Part shown: positions 54,527-63,650 of the stretch, one piece after another
Numbering within the stretch: position 1 is the first letter of the stretch
How the letters are laid out: the number at the start of each line of letters is the position of its first letter
The notes under the pieces: model-generated
Seen by the model: the letters and a program-made list of their open reading frames with translations, nothing else
Database searches by the model: none
Told to the model about the DNA's origin: nothing
NCBI GenBank assembly: GCA_964579415.1
Contig: CAZOGW010000002.1
Location: forward strand, 14,612 to 78,611
Source of the DNA: an uncultured Acidimicrobiaceae bacterium
Lineage (GTDB): Bacteria; Actinomycetota; Acidimicrobiia; Spongiisociales; UBA5794
DNA: 64,000 nucleotides
Direction of reading: 5' to 3'
Translations under genes and position numbers: made by a program

Positions 54527-55075
54527 TTAGTCGAAGATCACGGCGTCGGCCAGCGCCGGAGCGGCGCCGTCCTTCGCCGACAGGACGGGGTCGATGCCTT
54601 CGAGCGGCCAGGTCACGCCGATTGCGGGATCGTCCCAGCGGATGGAGCGGTCGGCCTCGGCGTCGTAATAGTCGGTGACCTTGTAGAGCACCTCGCTGCC
54701 GTCTTCGAGGGCGACGAAGCCGTGGGCGAAGCCGGGCGGCACCCAGAGCTGACGCTTGTTCGTCGCACTCAGCTCGAGGCCCACCCACCGGGTGAAGGTC
54801 GGCGAGGAAGCACGGATGTCCACCGCGACGTCCCATACCGCCCCGGCAACCACCCGCACCAGCTTCCCCTGGGGGCGGGGTAGCTGGTAGTGCAACCCAC
54901 GCAGCACCCCACGCGCCGAGCGGGAATGGTTGTCCTGAACGAACTCGGCGGAGATCCCCGCTATCTCGGCCACCTTGGCCCGGTGGTACGCCTCGAAGAA
55001 GAACCCGCGTTCGTCGCCGAACACGGCCGGCTCGATGACCAGCACCTCGGGTATCTCGGTTTCGGTCACCTTCAT
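54527..55075 (-). CDS. rmlC: dTDP-4-dehydrorhamnose 3,5-epimerase
   Basis: FGDERGFFFEAY...RGLHYQ...QGKLVRVVAGAVWDVAVDIR...VPPGFAHGF. Confidence 0.9.
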   Translation of the reverse strand: MKVTETEIPEVLVIEPAVFGDERGFFFEAYHRAKVAEIAGISAEFVQDNHSRSARGVLRGLHYQLPRPQGKLVRVVAGAVWDVAVDIRASSPTFTRWVGLELSATNKRQLWVPPGFAHGFVALEDGSEVLYKVTDYYDAEADRSIRWDDPAIGVTWPLEGIDPVLSAKDGAAPALADAVIFD

Positions 55076-55241
55076 GGCGGTCGGTCTTCCTGGTTGAGAG
55101 CGGGGCCGCGGCGGGTGGGCACGGCAGCGAGGATGCGCCTGTCGGAGTCCGGGAGCGTGGCGATTCTAACGTTTCTGAGGGCCCTCTCCGGATGCCGGCC
55201 GCGGGCCCCATACCGCGGTACAGTGGCATCGGCGCAACAAG

Positions 55242-57191
55242 GTGTCTGGCGCAGTGGAACCTGCGTGTGTCACCGGGGTCGATGCTGGAGGCCGGATGCC
55301 TGAATCGAGAGTCAAGGCGTATCTGCCGCCGGGGATCGGCGACAATCGCCTCCTCATCGACGGCACCGATGGCAATCAGCGGCCGTTGGATCCCGACATC
55401 CCCGACGGATTGGCCATCATCGGTCCCTACTGGACCCGTGCCACGTGGTCCAACGGCAAGTACAACGACATCTCCTGGCTCGGCCATCGCATGAAGCAAC
55501 TCCCCGAGGACATCGTGATGCTCCAGGAGGTCTTCTGGGAGGTTCGCCCCCACGTCGTGGTCGAGACCGGCGTCGCCGATGGCGGCAGCTCGGTCTTCTG
55601 GGCATCGCTGCTCGCCGTGAGCGGTGGGCGGGAGGTCGTGGCGATTGACATCACCATCCCCGAGAGCGTGAGGGAAGCGATCGCGGCTCACCCGCTTGCG
55701 GGACTGATCCACCTCGTTGAGGGAGACTCGGTGGATACGAGCGTCATCCACGCCGCCCGCGCCCGCGTCCGGGCCGACGATCGGGTGATGGTGGTGCTGG
55801 ACAGCAACCACACCGAAGCCCACGTCCTGGGCGAACTCGACGCCTACGCCAGCCTGGTCACCGCCGGCTCGTACATCGTGGTCACCGACGGTGTGATGCA
55901 GGTACTCTCGGACGCCCCCAAGGGTCGGCCCGAGTGGGAAGGCGACAACCCGCTCACGGCCATAGAGCGGTGGCTGCCCCAGCACGCCGAGTTCGTCCGC
56001 GACCTGCACCGGGAACACCTCGGGGCCACCTACTTCCCGGGCGGGTGGCTGAGGAGAGTCGGCGACCCACCCGCGACCGAGGATCCGGCGACTCCGTGGG
56101 GCGAGCCATTGCAGCACCTCCATCAGGGACGCGAGGAATGGAGGGTGAACGCTTTCGAGACGGAACGGCGTCGCCAGCAGGCAGAAGCGGAGAGGGACGG
56201 TGCAATGGGAATAGCCTCTGCACTGCTCGACTCCACCTCGTGGAGGGTGGGCCATGCCTTGGTGGGACCGTTGGGCAAGGCCCTCCGCCGACTGCGAGGA
56301 CAGCCCGCCGCAGTCGACCCGAGAGATCGACTAATACGGGAGAATCCAGAGCGACTGGAGCTCACCAACCTTGCCCGACGACACCTCGATTTGCTCAAAC
56401 GGTCGCTCACCGACTCGTTGCGTGGAGATCCGTACCGTCCATACGCACCCGACCGCGGCACCGAGGCGGACGATGCCTGGGTCCGGCTGCGCGGCCTGCT
56501 GGACCGCGGCGACGTGGAACTGGTTCGCCGCGTCGGGTACGACCCGGAGCGACGCGCAGTGGGAGGCGATTGGCCGTTCCTCGGGGAGACGATGGTGGGC
56601 ATGGCGCGCCTCGACAACCTCCAGGATTGCGTCGAGGCGGTCCATCTCGCCGGCGTCCCCGGCGATCTCGTCGAAACCGGTGTATGGCGGGGCGGCGCCT
56701 GCATCCTGATGCGTGCGGTCCTCGCCGAACTAGGAGACAGGTCTCGCCAGGTGTGGGCCTGCGATAGTTTCGAGGGCCTACCCCCACCCGATGAGGCCAC
56801 CTATCCCGCCGACACTGGCGATCGGCATTGGAGGCGGGGTGAGCTGGCGGTTTCGTTGGCCGAGGTCAAGCAGAACTTCGCCCGGTATGGGCTCCTCGAC
56901 GACCAGGTTCGCTTCGCCAAAGGATGGTTCGAGGACACTCTCTCCCAGCTGCCCACCGAGACGATCGCCGTGCTCCGCCTCGACGGCGACATGTACGGGT
57001 CGACGATGGTGGCTCTCGAGTCCCTCGAGCCGAAAGTGCCGCCGGGCGGCTTCGTCGTCGTCGACGACTACGGCGCCATACCTGCCTGCCGTCTGGCAGT
57101 TGACGACTACCGACGGGACCAGGGGATCGATGATCCCATCGAGCCGGTGGACTGGACTGGTGTCTTCTGGCGCAAACGGCGAACCCGATAG
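55242..57191 (+). CDS. Didomain sugar O-methyltransferase: N-terminal CmcI/rhamnosyl-O-MT-like domain plus a C-terminal TylF/MycF (macrocin O-MT)-like domain
   Basis: N-domain: ISWLGHRMKQLPEDIVMLQEVFWEVRPHVVVETGVADGGSSVFWA (CmcI-family). C-domain: LVETGVWRGGACILM...WACDSFEGLPPP...AVLRLDGDMYGSTMVALESLEPKVPPGGFVVVDDYG (TylF-family). The start could be the downstream M at 55296. Confidence 0.75.
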   Translation: MSGAVEPACVTGVDAGGRMPESRVKAYLPPGIGDNRLLIDGTDGNQRPLDPDIPDGLAIIGPYWTRATWSNGKYNDISWLGHRMKQLPEDIVMLQEVFWEVRPHVVVETGVADGGSSVFWASLLAVSGGREVVAIDITIPESVREAIAAHPLAGLIHLVEGDSVDTSVIHAARARVRADDRVMVVLDSNHTEAHVLGELDAYASLVTAGSYIVVTDGVMQVLSDAPKGRPEWEGDNPLTAIERWLPQHAEFVRDLHREHLGATYFPGGWLRRVGDPPATEDPATPWGEPLQHLHQGREEWRVNAFETERRRQQAEAERDGAMGIASALLDSTSWRVGHALVGPLGKALRRLRGQPAAVDPRDRLIRENPERLELTNLARRHLDLLKRSLTDSLRGDPYRPYAPDRGTEADDAWVRLRGLLDRGDVELVRRVGYDPERRAVGGDWPFLGETMVGMARLDNLQDCVEAVHLAGVPGDLVETGVWRGGACILMRAVLAELGDRSRQVWACDSFEGLPPPDEATYPADTGDRHWRRGELAVSLAEVKQNFARYGLLDDQVRFAKGWFEDTLSQLPTETIAVLRLDGDMYGSTMVALESLEPKVPPGGFVVVDDYGAIPACRLAVDDYRRDQGIDDPIEPVDWTGVFWRKRRTR

Positions 57192-57210
57192 AGCCAGGGC
57201 CACCCAGATC

Positions 57211-58860
57211 TCAGGGGGCGCACACCACGGCACCGATGATCAGGTAGCCGGTGGCGGTGACCGCGTAGGGGTTGGCGGCGCGGACCTTCGGGTACTGCGA
57301 CGCCGGGAGCCCGAGGCGGACGGTCACCGACGCCCAGCCCTCCCCCTTCTTCACGCTGACGCAGGGTCGGTCGGTGACTCGCGCCTTCAACGTGAAGTAG
57401 GCCGACTTGAGGCCGAAGGTGGAGCGTACCCAGGCGCCGGAGCGCTCCACGGTGGCGGGCTTGCCGTCCTTGTAACCGGAGAACTCCACGGTCTTCGCCG
57501 AACCGCCGGCGGTGCGCGCCTTCACCTTCACCGACCCGACCTCGTCGAGACCGGTGGCCTTCTCCACGTCGGCGACTGCCACCGAAGCCCGCCACGAGGC
57601 GTTGGGGTTGGGGACGCTGCCGTCGACGGCCCAGACGTCGTTCACCGACTTGTAGTAGGGCACGGGCGGGGAGACCCGGACGTCCTGGATGCTTTCGGTG
57701 CGGCCGCCGGTCGACGAGCTGTAGTAGGCGCGCACTATCCCCTGCTGGGGAGCCTTCGGGTGGGTGACGACGACATCGGCGGTGGACGACACCGCCTCGG
57801 CCCAGTTCGCCTGGAGGTGACCGTAGCCGACGTAGCGCTGGTCCCAGGTGGTGTCACGCACGTGGCAGAAGGCGTCACAGACGTTGGTGGAGAGCTTTCC
57901 CCGGGTTAGCTGGAGCTCTCTGGCGTAGGACCGGGCGGCGACCGCCTGCGCCCGTAGCGCCGCCATCCCCTTCCCCGAGCCCCAGTGATAGGGCATCTCG
58001 GAGATGCCGAGCAGGTAGTCCTCGAGGCGCAGACGAACCGAGAGGTCCAGGCCGCCGGGACCGGACCTGAGATGGAGCTTGCCGTGGGCGTAGCGGCACC
58101 CGCGCGACACCGAGGGGATGACGTTCCAGTCGGTGTTGGTGCAGCCGATGACGGCGACGGCGGTCTTCGGCTTGGCGCCGGCTCGGTTCCACCGGTACCA
58201 GGAGAAGTCGAAGTTGCACGGCCCTGAGGAGATCTCGGTCTTCTTCCCGCTCGGCCCGGTGATGGTGAGGGCACATGTGCTCGACCCCCTGATGGTGATG
58301 GTGCTGCCCGGCGGCGCCGACCACTCGTCGTCGCCCCGGGTGATGACCACCGGCTTGCCTTCACCCGAGATGGCGTCGACGCGCAGCTTCTTCGACGTGA
58401 AGTCCTGCTCCAGGTTCACCACGATGGGCGAGGTGGCGTCGCGGCGGCCGGTCCCCAGCTTTCGCGTCTTCGATGCGGCGTAGTAGTGCCCCAGGATCAC
58501 CCGGTAGCTCTTGCCCTTGAGCGCCATGGCATAGGCGCCCCACTGCGACATGCCGAGGCCGTGGCCCCACCCCTTGCCGTCGAAGTCGAGGGCACGCATC
58601 ACCTTCCTCTCGACCGGCTGCCCGCCCGTTCCGTCGGGCTGTGCCACCACCCCGATTGCGGGCAGCAGCAGAGCCACCACGACCATCACGATCAGCACGG
58701 CACGGCGTCCCACCGCAGGCAACCTAGTGGTCCGTCGCCCATATGACGATCGGGCGCGGCATCCCGGGGACGGATCGGCACCCAGCCCGCGGGGTTCGGA
58801 CCTCCACGGCGCCCCGGCGAGGAATGGGTCGGCCGCACCGGTGTGCCCGGCGGTTCCCAT
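57211..58860 (-). CDS. SpoIID/LytB-domain protein (amidase enhancer-like) with one C-terminal Cys-framed LysM-like domain
   Basis: SpoIID core (GKGWGHGLGMSQWGAYAMA...RAYYSSSTGGRTE). C-terminal CVSVKKGEGWASVTVRLGLPASQYPKVRAANPYAVTATGYLIIGAVVCAP. One TM or signal anchor; the start may be the internal GTG near 58713. Confidence 0.7.
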   Translation of the reverse strand: MGTAGHTGAADPFLAGAPWRSEPRGLGADPSPGCRARSSYGRRTTRLPAVGRRAVLIVMVVVALLLPAIGVVAQPDGTGGQPVERKVMRALDFDGKGWGHGLGMSQWGAYAMALKGKSYRVILGHYYAASKTRKLGTGRRDATSPIVVNLEQDFTSKKLRVDAISGEGKPVVITRGDDEWSAPPGSTITIRGSSTCALTITGPSGKKTEISSGPCNFDFSWYRWNRAGAKPKTAVAVIGCTNTDWNVIPSVSRGCRYAHGKLHLRSGPGGLDLSVRLRLEDYLLGISEMPYHWGSGKGMAALRAQAVAARSYARELQLTRGKLSTNVCDAFCHVRDTTWDQRYVGYGHLQANWAEAVSSTADVVVTHPKAPQQGIVRAYYSSSTGGRTESIQDVRVSPPVPYYKSVNDVWAVDGSVPNPNASWRASVAVADVEKATGLDEVGSVKVKARTAGGSAKTVEFSGYKDGKPATVERSGAWVRSTFGLKSAYFTLKARVTDRPCVSVKKGEGWASVTVRLGLPASQYPKVRAANPYAVTATGYLIIGAVVCAP

Positions 58861-58919
58861 CGGTACTCTCCTCGACGACGCAGCGGGGAGGGGCTCGCTG
58901 CGACACGAAGGGGTCCCGC

Positions 58920-60371
58920 ATGTCTCGCATTGCCCAGACGACCGGCCGCGATACGCGGCGGCGTCGCAACCGTCGCGTCCTGATCGTCACCGTGGCGCTG
59001 TGGGCCTTGCTGCCGGTGCATGCCGGCGGCGCCTCCGCTGGTGGTCACCAGCCGGAGGACGCCACGGTGGGTTCGGCGGCCGAACCCGAGGATCTCACCC
59101 GACCGCTCGCCGCCCCACAATCGGGCCCGGCTTCCACCGGCGGCAGGGCCGTGGTGTACTTCGGCATCGACGACGGGCCTTCCTGCTCCGACAAGGTGAC
59201 CTGGGGAATGCTCGACCTCTTCGCCCGCCACGGCGCAAGGGCCACCTGGTTCGTCACCGGCAATGTCAACTGCAACTCTGACGCTCTCCGGGCCATCGTG
59301 ACCGGCGGTCACGCGGTGGGAAGTCACACCTACGGCCACGACAACCTGACACGGCTCTCCCACGGGGCTCGCCTGGCCACCTTCGACAAGCTGCAGTCGG
59401 CTGTCACCCGGCACGGCGGCCCCAAGATGACCTGCTACCGGCCGCCCTACGGAGCCACCAACAGCTCGGTGCGGGCCTCGGCGGCCCAGCGTGGGATGGT
59501 GGAATGGCTGTGGAACGTCGACCCGCGCGACTGGAGCGACCCGGGCGTCTCCAAGATCCTCGCCAGCTTCAACCGGCTCGAGGACGGTGACGTGGTGGTG
59601 ATCCACGACGGCAACAGCAACCAGCAGACTCTCGACGCCCTGCGCATCTGGCTGCCCGCCAACGCCTCCCGGTTCGCGCTGAGGCCGCTCCCGGGGTGTG
59701 CCGCCGCAGAACCGCTGCGGTGCCAAGGCGAGCCGGCGACCATCATCGGGACCGACGGCGACGACATCCTTCAGGGCACACCGGGTAGGGACGTGATCTG
59801 GGGTGGGGAAGGCGACGACACCATCCGTGCGGGAGCGGGCGACGACGTCGTCTGCGGCGGGCCCGGCGACGACAAGATCTACGGCGAAGCCGGCAAGGAC
59901 ATACTGGCGGGAGGGCCGGGGAAGGATGATCTCATCGGCGGGCAAAACGCCGACACCCTCAAGGGAGGGCCGGGAGCGGACCGGCTGTGGGGCGGGAAGG
60001 GCGCCGACACGCTCAGCGGTGGTCCGGGCGCAGATGAGCTCTACGGCGGTCCCGGACCCGACACCCTCCGCGGCGGGTCCGGTGCCGACCAGTTGCGAGG
60101 AGGCAGTGGCGCCGACAGGATGTGGGGAAGCACCGGGCAGGACCTCCTGTCGGGTGGCTCCGGCGCCGACAGGATATGGGGGAACGCCGGGCGGGACCTC
60201 CTGTCGGGGGGACCCGGCGCCGACGTCTTAGCCGGGGGGGACGGGCACGACACGCTGGTGGGGGGCCGCGGGCCTGACGTCCTCAGAGGCGGGCCGGGCC
60301 GTGACACCTGCCGCGGCGGGCCGGGCATCGACAAGGCCACATCGTGCTCGACGGTGAGCAGCGTGCCCTGA
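58920..60371 (+). CDS. Secreted CE4 polysaccharide deacetylase fused to a C-terminal RTX beta-roll (paralog of 48634-49929)
   Basis: Signal peptide RRRRNRRVLIVTVALWALLPVHAGGASA; CE4 motifs (GIDDGP, GSHTYGHDN); N-cap CQGEPATIIGTDGDD; about 22 GGxGxD repeats; terminal CRGGPGIDKATSCSTVSSVP. Confidence 0.8.
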   Translation: MSRIAQTTGRDTRRRRNRRVLIVTVALWALLPVHAGGASAGGHQPEDATVGSAAEPEDLTRPLAAPQSGPASTGGRAVVYFGIDDGPSCSDKVTWGMLDLFARHGARATWFVTGNVNCNSDALRAIVTGGHAVGSHTYGHDNLTRLSHGARLATFDKLQSAVTRHGGPKMTCYRPPYGATNSSVRASAAQRGMVEWLWNVDPRDWSDPGVSKILASFNRLEDGDVVVIHDGNSNQQTLDALRIWLPANASRFALRPLPGCAAAEPLRCQGEPATIIGTDGDDILQGTPGRDVIWGGEGDDTIRAGAGDDVVCGGPGDDKIYGEAGKDILAGGPGKDDLIGGQNADTLKGGPGADRLWGGKGADTLSGGPGADELYGGPGPDTLRGGSGADQLRGGSGADRMWGSTGQDLLSGGSGADRIWGNAGRDLLSGGPGADVLAGGDGHDTLVGGRGPDVLRGGPGRDTCRGGPGIDKATSCSTVSSVP

Positions 60372-60406
60372 CCGGGCCGCGGCCTGGCGCGCTACGCTGC
60401 GGGCCC

Positions 60407-60835
60407 ATGCCGTCCGCTCGCTTCGTCCACGCCGCTATGTCCCCGCGCTCTCCTCGCGAGGTGTGGGACGGGCTCCAGGATGCGTCCACCTGGGCCAACA
60501 TCGGCCCGGTGGAGCAGGTGTGGGAACCAGTCCACGCCTCGGAGGCGCTGGTGTCCTTCAAGTGGCGGACCACCGTAGGCCCCACCCGCTATGACGGTGT
60601 CGCCAAGGTCGTCACTTCCGACCCCCTCCAGGCGATGGAGCTGAGCCTCGACGCCGGTGAAGTGACCGGATCGCTGCGCACCGACCTTGCCCCGGAGGCC
60701 ACGGGCACCCTCATCACGGTGACGCTGGTGGTGGTGTCCCGGGGACTGCTGTCGACGATGTTCTTCCCGGTCATCTCCGAGGCGGTGGGGAAAGGTCTCG
60801 CCGCCCAGGTGGAGCACTTCGCCGCGACGCTTTGA
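60407..60835 (+). CDS. SRPBCC (START/Bet v1/polyketide-cyclase-like) small protein
   Basis: 142 aa. The N-terminal RFVHAAMSPRSPREVWDGLQD pattern matches the SRPBCC beta1-alpha1 signature; it has a helix-grip-length C-terminal helix. Confidence 0.5.
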   Translation: MPSARFVHAAMSPRSPREVWDGLQDASTWANIGPVEQVWEPVHASEALVSFKWRTTVGPTRYDGVAKVVTSDPLQAMELSLDAGEVTGSLRTDLAPEATGTLITVTLVVVSRGLLSTMFFPVISEAVGKGLAAQVEHFAATL

Positions 60836-60836
60836 G

Positions 60837-60865
60837 AGGTACTAGGTACTAGGTACTAGGTAGGT
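60837..60865. repeat. Tandem heptamer array (GTACTAG)x3, a one-base variant of the GTACTTG arrays
   Basis: Read directly: gaggtactaggtactaggtactaggtagg, between two convergent stops (60835 and 60856). Confidence 0.85.
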
Positions 60866-63012
60866 GGGCATACCTTGGCGCCGGGTTTGAGGTGGCCGGC
60901 GGTATTTACCGCCTTGGGGTTGGCTGCCCGCACGTCGGGGTAGCGGTCCCACTTCAGCCCGAGCCGGATGGTGACGGCGACCCAGCCCTCACCGCTCTCG
61001 ACGGTGAGACATCTGTCCTTCTTGGGTGGGTTCGTCGGCTTGTCGTCGGTGGACGATCCGGGGGCGCAGACCTTGGCGCCCAGTTTGAGGAAGCCGGCGG
61101 AGTTGGCAGCCTTGGGGTTGGCCGTCCGCACCTCGGGGTAGCGGTCCCACTTCAGCCCGAGGCGCATCGTCACCGCAACCCAGCCCTCACCCTTCTTGAC
61201 CTTGACGCACTTGGCGTTCTTCGGGGGATCCTTGGGCTTGTCATCGGTCTTGTCGTCGTCGGTCGACGACCCGGGGGCGCACACCTTGGCCCCGATCTTG
61301 AGGTAGCCGGCGGCGTTCACCGCCTTCGGGTTGGCCTCACGCACCGCAGGAAGGTCCGAAGCAGGCAACCCCAGCCGGGCAACCACCTTCGACCAACCCT
61401 CGCCCTTCTTCACCTTGACGCACTTCTTGGGCGGGTCCTTGGGTTTGTCGTCTGTCGACGATCCGGGGGCGCATACCTTGGCCCCGATCTTGAGATGGCC
61501 GGCGGGGTTCACCGCCTTCGGGTTGGCCGCCCGCACCGCGGCGATATCCGAAGCAGGCAAGCCGAGCCGGGCAACCACCTTCGACCAACCCTCGCCCTTC
61601 TTCACCTTGACGCACTTGGTCGGGTCGGTGCCGTCCCCGTCGGGTGAGCTGCCGTAGGACACCGAGAAGTGGGTCGACTTGAGGTCGAAGGCCGAACGAA
61701 CCCAGGTGCCCTGACGCTCCACGGTCACAACCGCCCCGCCGCGGGTGCCGGTGAAGGCCACTGTGTGGGCGGAACCGCCGGCGGTGCGCCGGGTCACCTG
61801 CACCCCGTCAAGCCTGTCGAGCCCTGCGAGCCGGGCCACGGTCGACGCCGACGGTGAGGCGGTCCACGACCTGTGCGGGTTGCCAACGGTGCCGTCGATA
61901 GCCCACGAGTCGTTGACCGACTGCAGGTAGGGGATCGACGACCCGCCCCGGATCTCGTGGTACGCCTCGGTACGCCCGCCGGACGATGAGCTGAAGTAGG
62001 CGCGGACCACGGTCTGGTGCGGGGCCTTGGGATGCGAGACCACCAGTCCGGCGGTCGAGCGCACCGCATCGGTCCACGAGTCCTGGCCGTGACCGTAGCC
62101 CACGTAGCGCTGGTCCCAGGTGCTGTCGCGGACGTGGCAGTAGGCGGCACAGGCGTTGTCGCCCGCCGGGCCCCGGTAGATCATCAACTCCCTGGCATAG
62201 GAGCGGGCGGCGACCGCCTGGGCCTGGAGGGCGGCCATGCCCTTGCCCTTGCCCCAGTAGTAGGGCATCTCCGAGATCCCCAGCAGGTAGTCCTCGAGGC
62301 TGAGCTGGACGGAGAGATCGAGGCCGCCGGGCCCGGAGCGGAGGTGCAGCATGCCACGGGCGTAGCGGCACTCACGGGCCTTGGTGGGGCTGACGTTCCA
62401 GTCGCTGTTGGTGCAGCCGGCGATAGCCACCGCCGACCTGGGGTTCGCCTTGGGACTCTTCCAGTCGTACCAGACCAGGTCGAAGGCACACTTGCCCGAC
62501 GGGATCGTGGTGCTCTTTCCCTTGGGAGGCTTGATGACCAGGGAACACTCGCTGCCGCCGTCGATGGTGATGGTGCTGCCCGGCGGCGCCTTCCACGTCT
62601 TGTCCCCGCGGACGATCTTGACGGTGTCGCCGCTCCCGGAGATGGGGTCGACTCGGAGTGTCCTGGATCGGAAGTCCTGTTCCAGGTTGACCACGATCGG
62701 GGGCGACGCCTTGCGGCTCCCGGTACCCAGGGCGGCCACGGTGGAGCCGGTGAAGTAGTGCTCGACGATCTTGCGGAAGTCGGACCCCTTCATCGCCATG
62801 GCGTAGGCACCCCATTGCGACAGGCCGATGCCGTGGCCCCACCCGCTGCCCTTGAAGGCGACGGAGGCGGACGCCTGGGAGGCGGTGTCGGAGGTCCCCC
62901 CTTCCTCGGCTCGGGCACCCGGCGAAGGCGCTAGCAACATGAGCATGGCGGCCACCACGGCAACGACGAACGGGCGCACCGACCAAGACTCTCCCAATCT
63001 CATGGGAGTCAC
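60856..63012 (-). CDS. SpoIID/LytB-domain protein with four C-terminal Cys-framed LysM-like repeats separated by SSTDDKPKDPPK linkers
   Basis: Signal peptide (VVAVVAAMLMLLAPSPGARA) and SpoIID core (GSGWGHGIGLSQWGAYAMA...RAYFSSSSGGRTE). Four copies of C[VL][KT]V[KE][KS]GEGW..V..RLGL.....[AV]R.ANPKA.N.AG.LK.GAKVC.P. Confidence 0.75.
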   Translation of the reverse strand: MTPMRLGESWSVRPFVVAVVAAMLMLLAPSPGARAEEGGTSDTASQASASVAFKGSGWGHGIGLSQWGAYAMAMKGSDFRKIVEHYFTGSTVAALGTGSRKASPPIVVNLEQDFRSRTLRVDPISGSGDTVKIVRGDKTWKAPPGSTITIDGGSECSLVIKPPKGKSTTIPSGKCAFDLVWYDWKSPKANPRSAVAIAGCTNSDWNVSPTKARECRYARGMLHLRSGPGGLDLSVQLSLEDYLLGISEMPYYWGKGKGMAALQAQAVAARSYARELMIYRGPAGDNACAAYCHVRDSTWDQRYVGYGHGQDSWTDAVRSTAGLVVSHPKAPHQTVVRAYFSSSSGGRTEAYHEIRGGSSIPYLQSVNDSWAIDGTVGNPHRSWTASPSASTVARLAGLDRLDGVQVTRRTAGGSAHTVAFTGTRGGAVVTVERQGTWVRSAFDLKSTHFSVSYGSSPDGDGTDPTKCVKVKKGEGWSKVVARLGLPASDIAAVRAANPKAVNPAGHLKIGAKVCAPGSSTDDKPKDPPKKCVKVKKGEGWSKVVARLGLPASDLPAVREANPKAVNAAGYLKIGAKVCAPGSSTDDDKTDDKPKDPPKNAKCVKVKKGEGWVAVTMRLGLKWDRYPEVRTANPKAANSAGFLKLGAKVCAPGSSTDDKPTNPPKKDRCLTVESGEGWVAVTIRLGLKWDRYPDVRAANPKAVNTAGHLKPGAKVCPPT
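60900..61650. repeat. Four near-identical coding tandem repeats (about 160-185 nt unit) inside the SpoIID gene, encoding the LysM-like modules
   Basis: Long identical runs (e.g. ggtagcggtcccacttcagcccgag...; ccttcttcaccttgacgcacttg... recur). Conservation at the nucleotide level is higher than amino-acid constraint would need. Confidence 0.8.
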
Positions 63013-63044
63013 ATCGGCAACTAGCCGTCCGACCTTGAGTCATT

Positions 63045-63630
63045 CCTGACCGCCGAAGCCGCGGGAGGGACGAAGCTTCTTCATCTCCCCCCGGGCTTTG
63101 ACGGGGGGAGTGGCCCGCCCGCAGGCTTTGCGGAGGGCGGGTCGAGGGGGGTCTTCATCGCTCACCCTCCCCCGGCTCGCAGCCAGCTCAACACGGACCT
63201 GGGACGAAGACCCCCTCCGTCCGATCGGATCGGAACGAGACTGCGGACGCGATGAGGTCTGATCGCGCCAGGTCAGCCGATCGGACACCTCCCCCGCCGA
63301 AGCGGCGGGGGAGGATGAAACCCGACCCCACGAAGCGGCGGGGGAGGACGAAGCTTCTTCATCTCCCCCCGGGCTTTGACGGGGGGAGTGGCCCGCCCGC
63401 AGGCTTTGCGGAGGGCGGGTCGAGGGGGGTCTTCATCGCTCACCCTCCCCCGGCTCGCAGCCAGCTCAACACGGACCTGGGACGAAGACCCCCTCCGTCC
63501 GATCGGCCTACGGCAAGACTGCACCACGCCATCAGGCGTCACTACGCCAGGCGAGCCGATCGGACACCTCCCCCGCCGAAGCGGCGGGGGAGGATGACAC
63601 CCGGCCCCACGAAGCGGCGGGGGAGGACGA
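63045..63630. repeat. About 280-bp direct repeat, roughly 2 copies, rich in nested perfect hairpins; non-coding, upstream of the SpoIID gene and downstream of atpC
   Basis: Unit 'gacgaagcttcttcatctccccccgggctttgacggggggagtggcccgcccgcaggctttgcggagggcgggtcgaggggggtc...ccgatcgg...tcggacacctcccccgccgaagcggcgggggaggatga' occurs at about 63066-63345 and 63346-63625. Hairpins: CCCCCCG/CGGGGGG, CCCGCCC/GGGCGGG, CCTCCCCCGCC-gaa-GCGGCGGGGGAGG (x4), and the GAAGCTTC palindrome. Confidence 0.85.
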
Positions 63631-63650
63631 AGACGACCGCAGCGCGCCTG

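Noticed and set aside
63045-63630. Possible CRISPR array (repeated GC-rich palindromic units)
   Set aside because: Only about 2 copies of a long (about 280-bp) unit. No short direct repeats separated by unique spacers of uniform length, and no cas genes nearby. Better described as a tandem duplicated hairpin-rich element.
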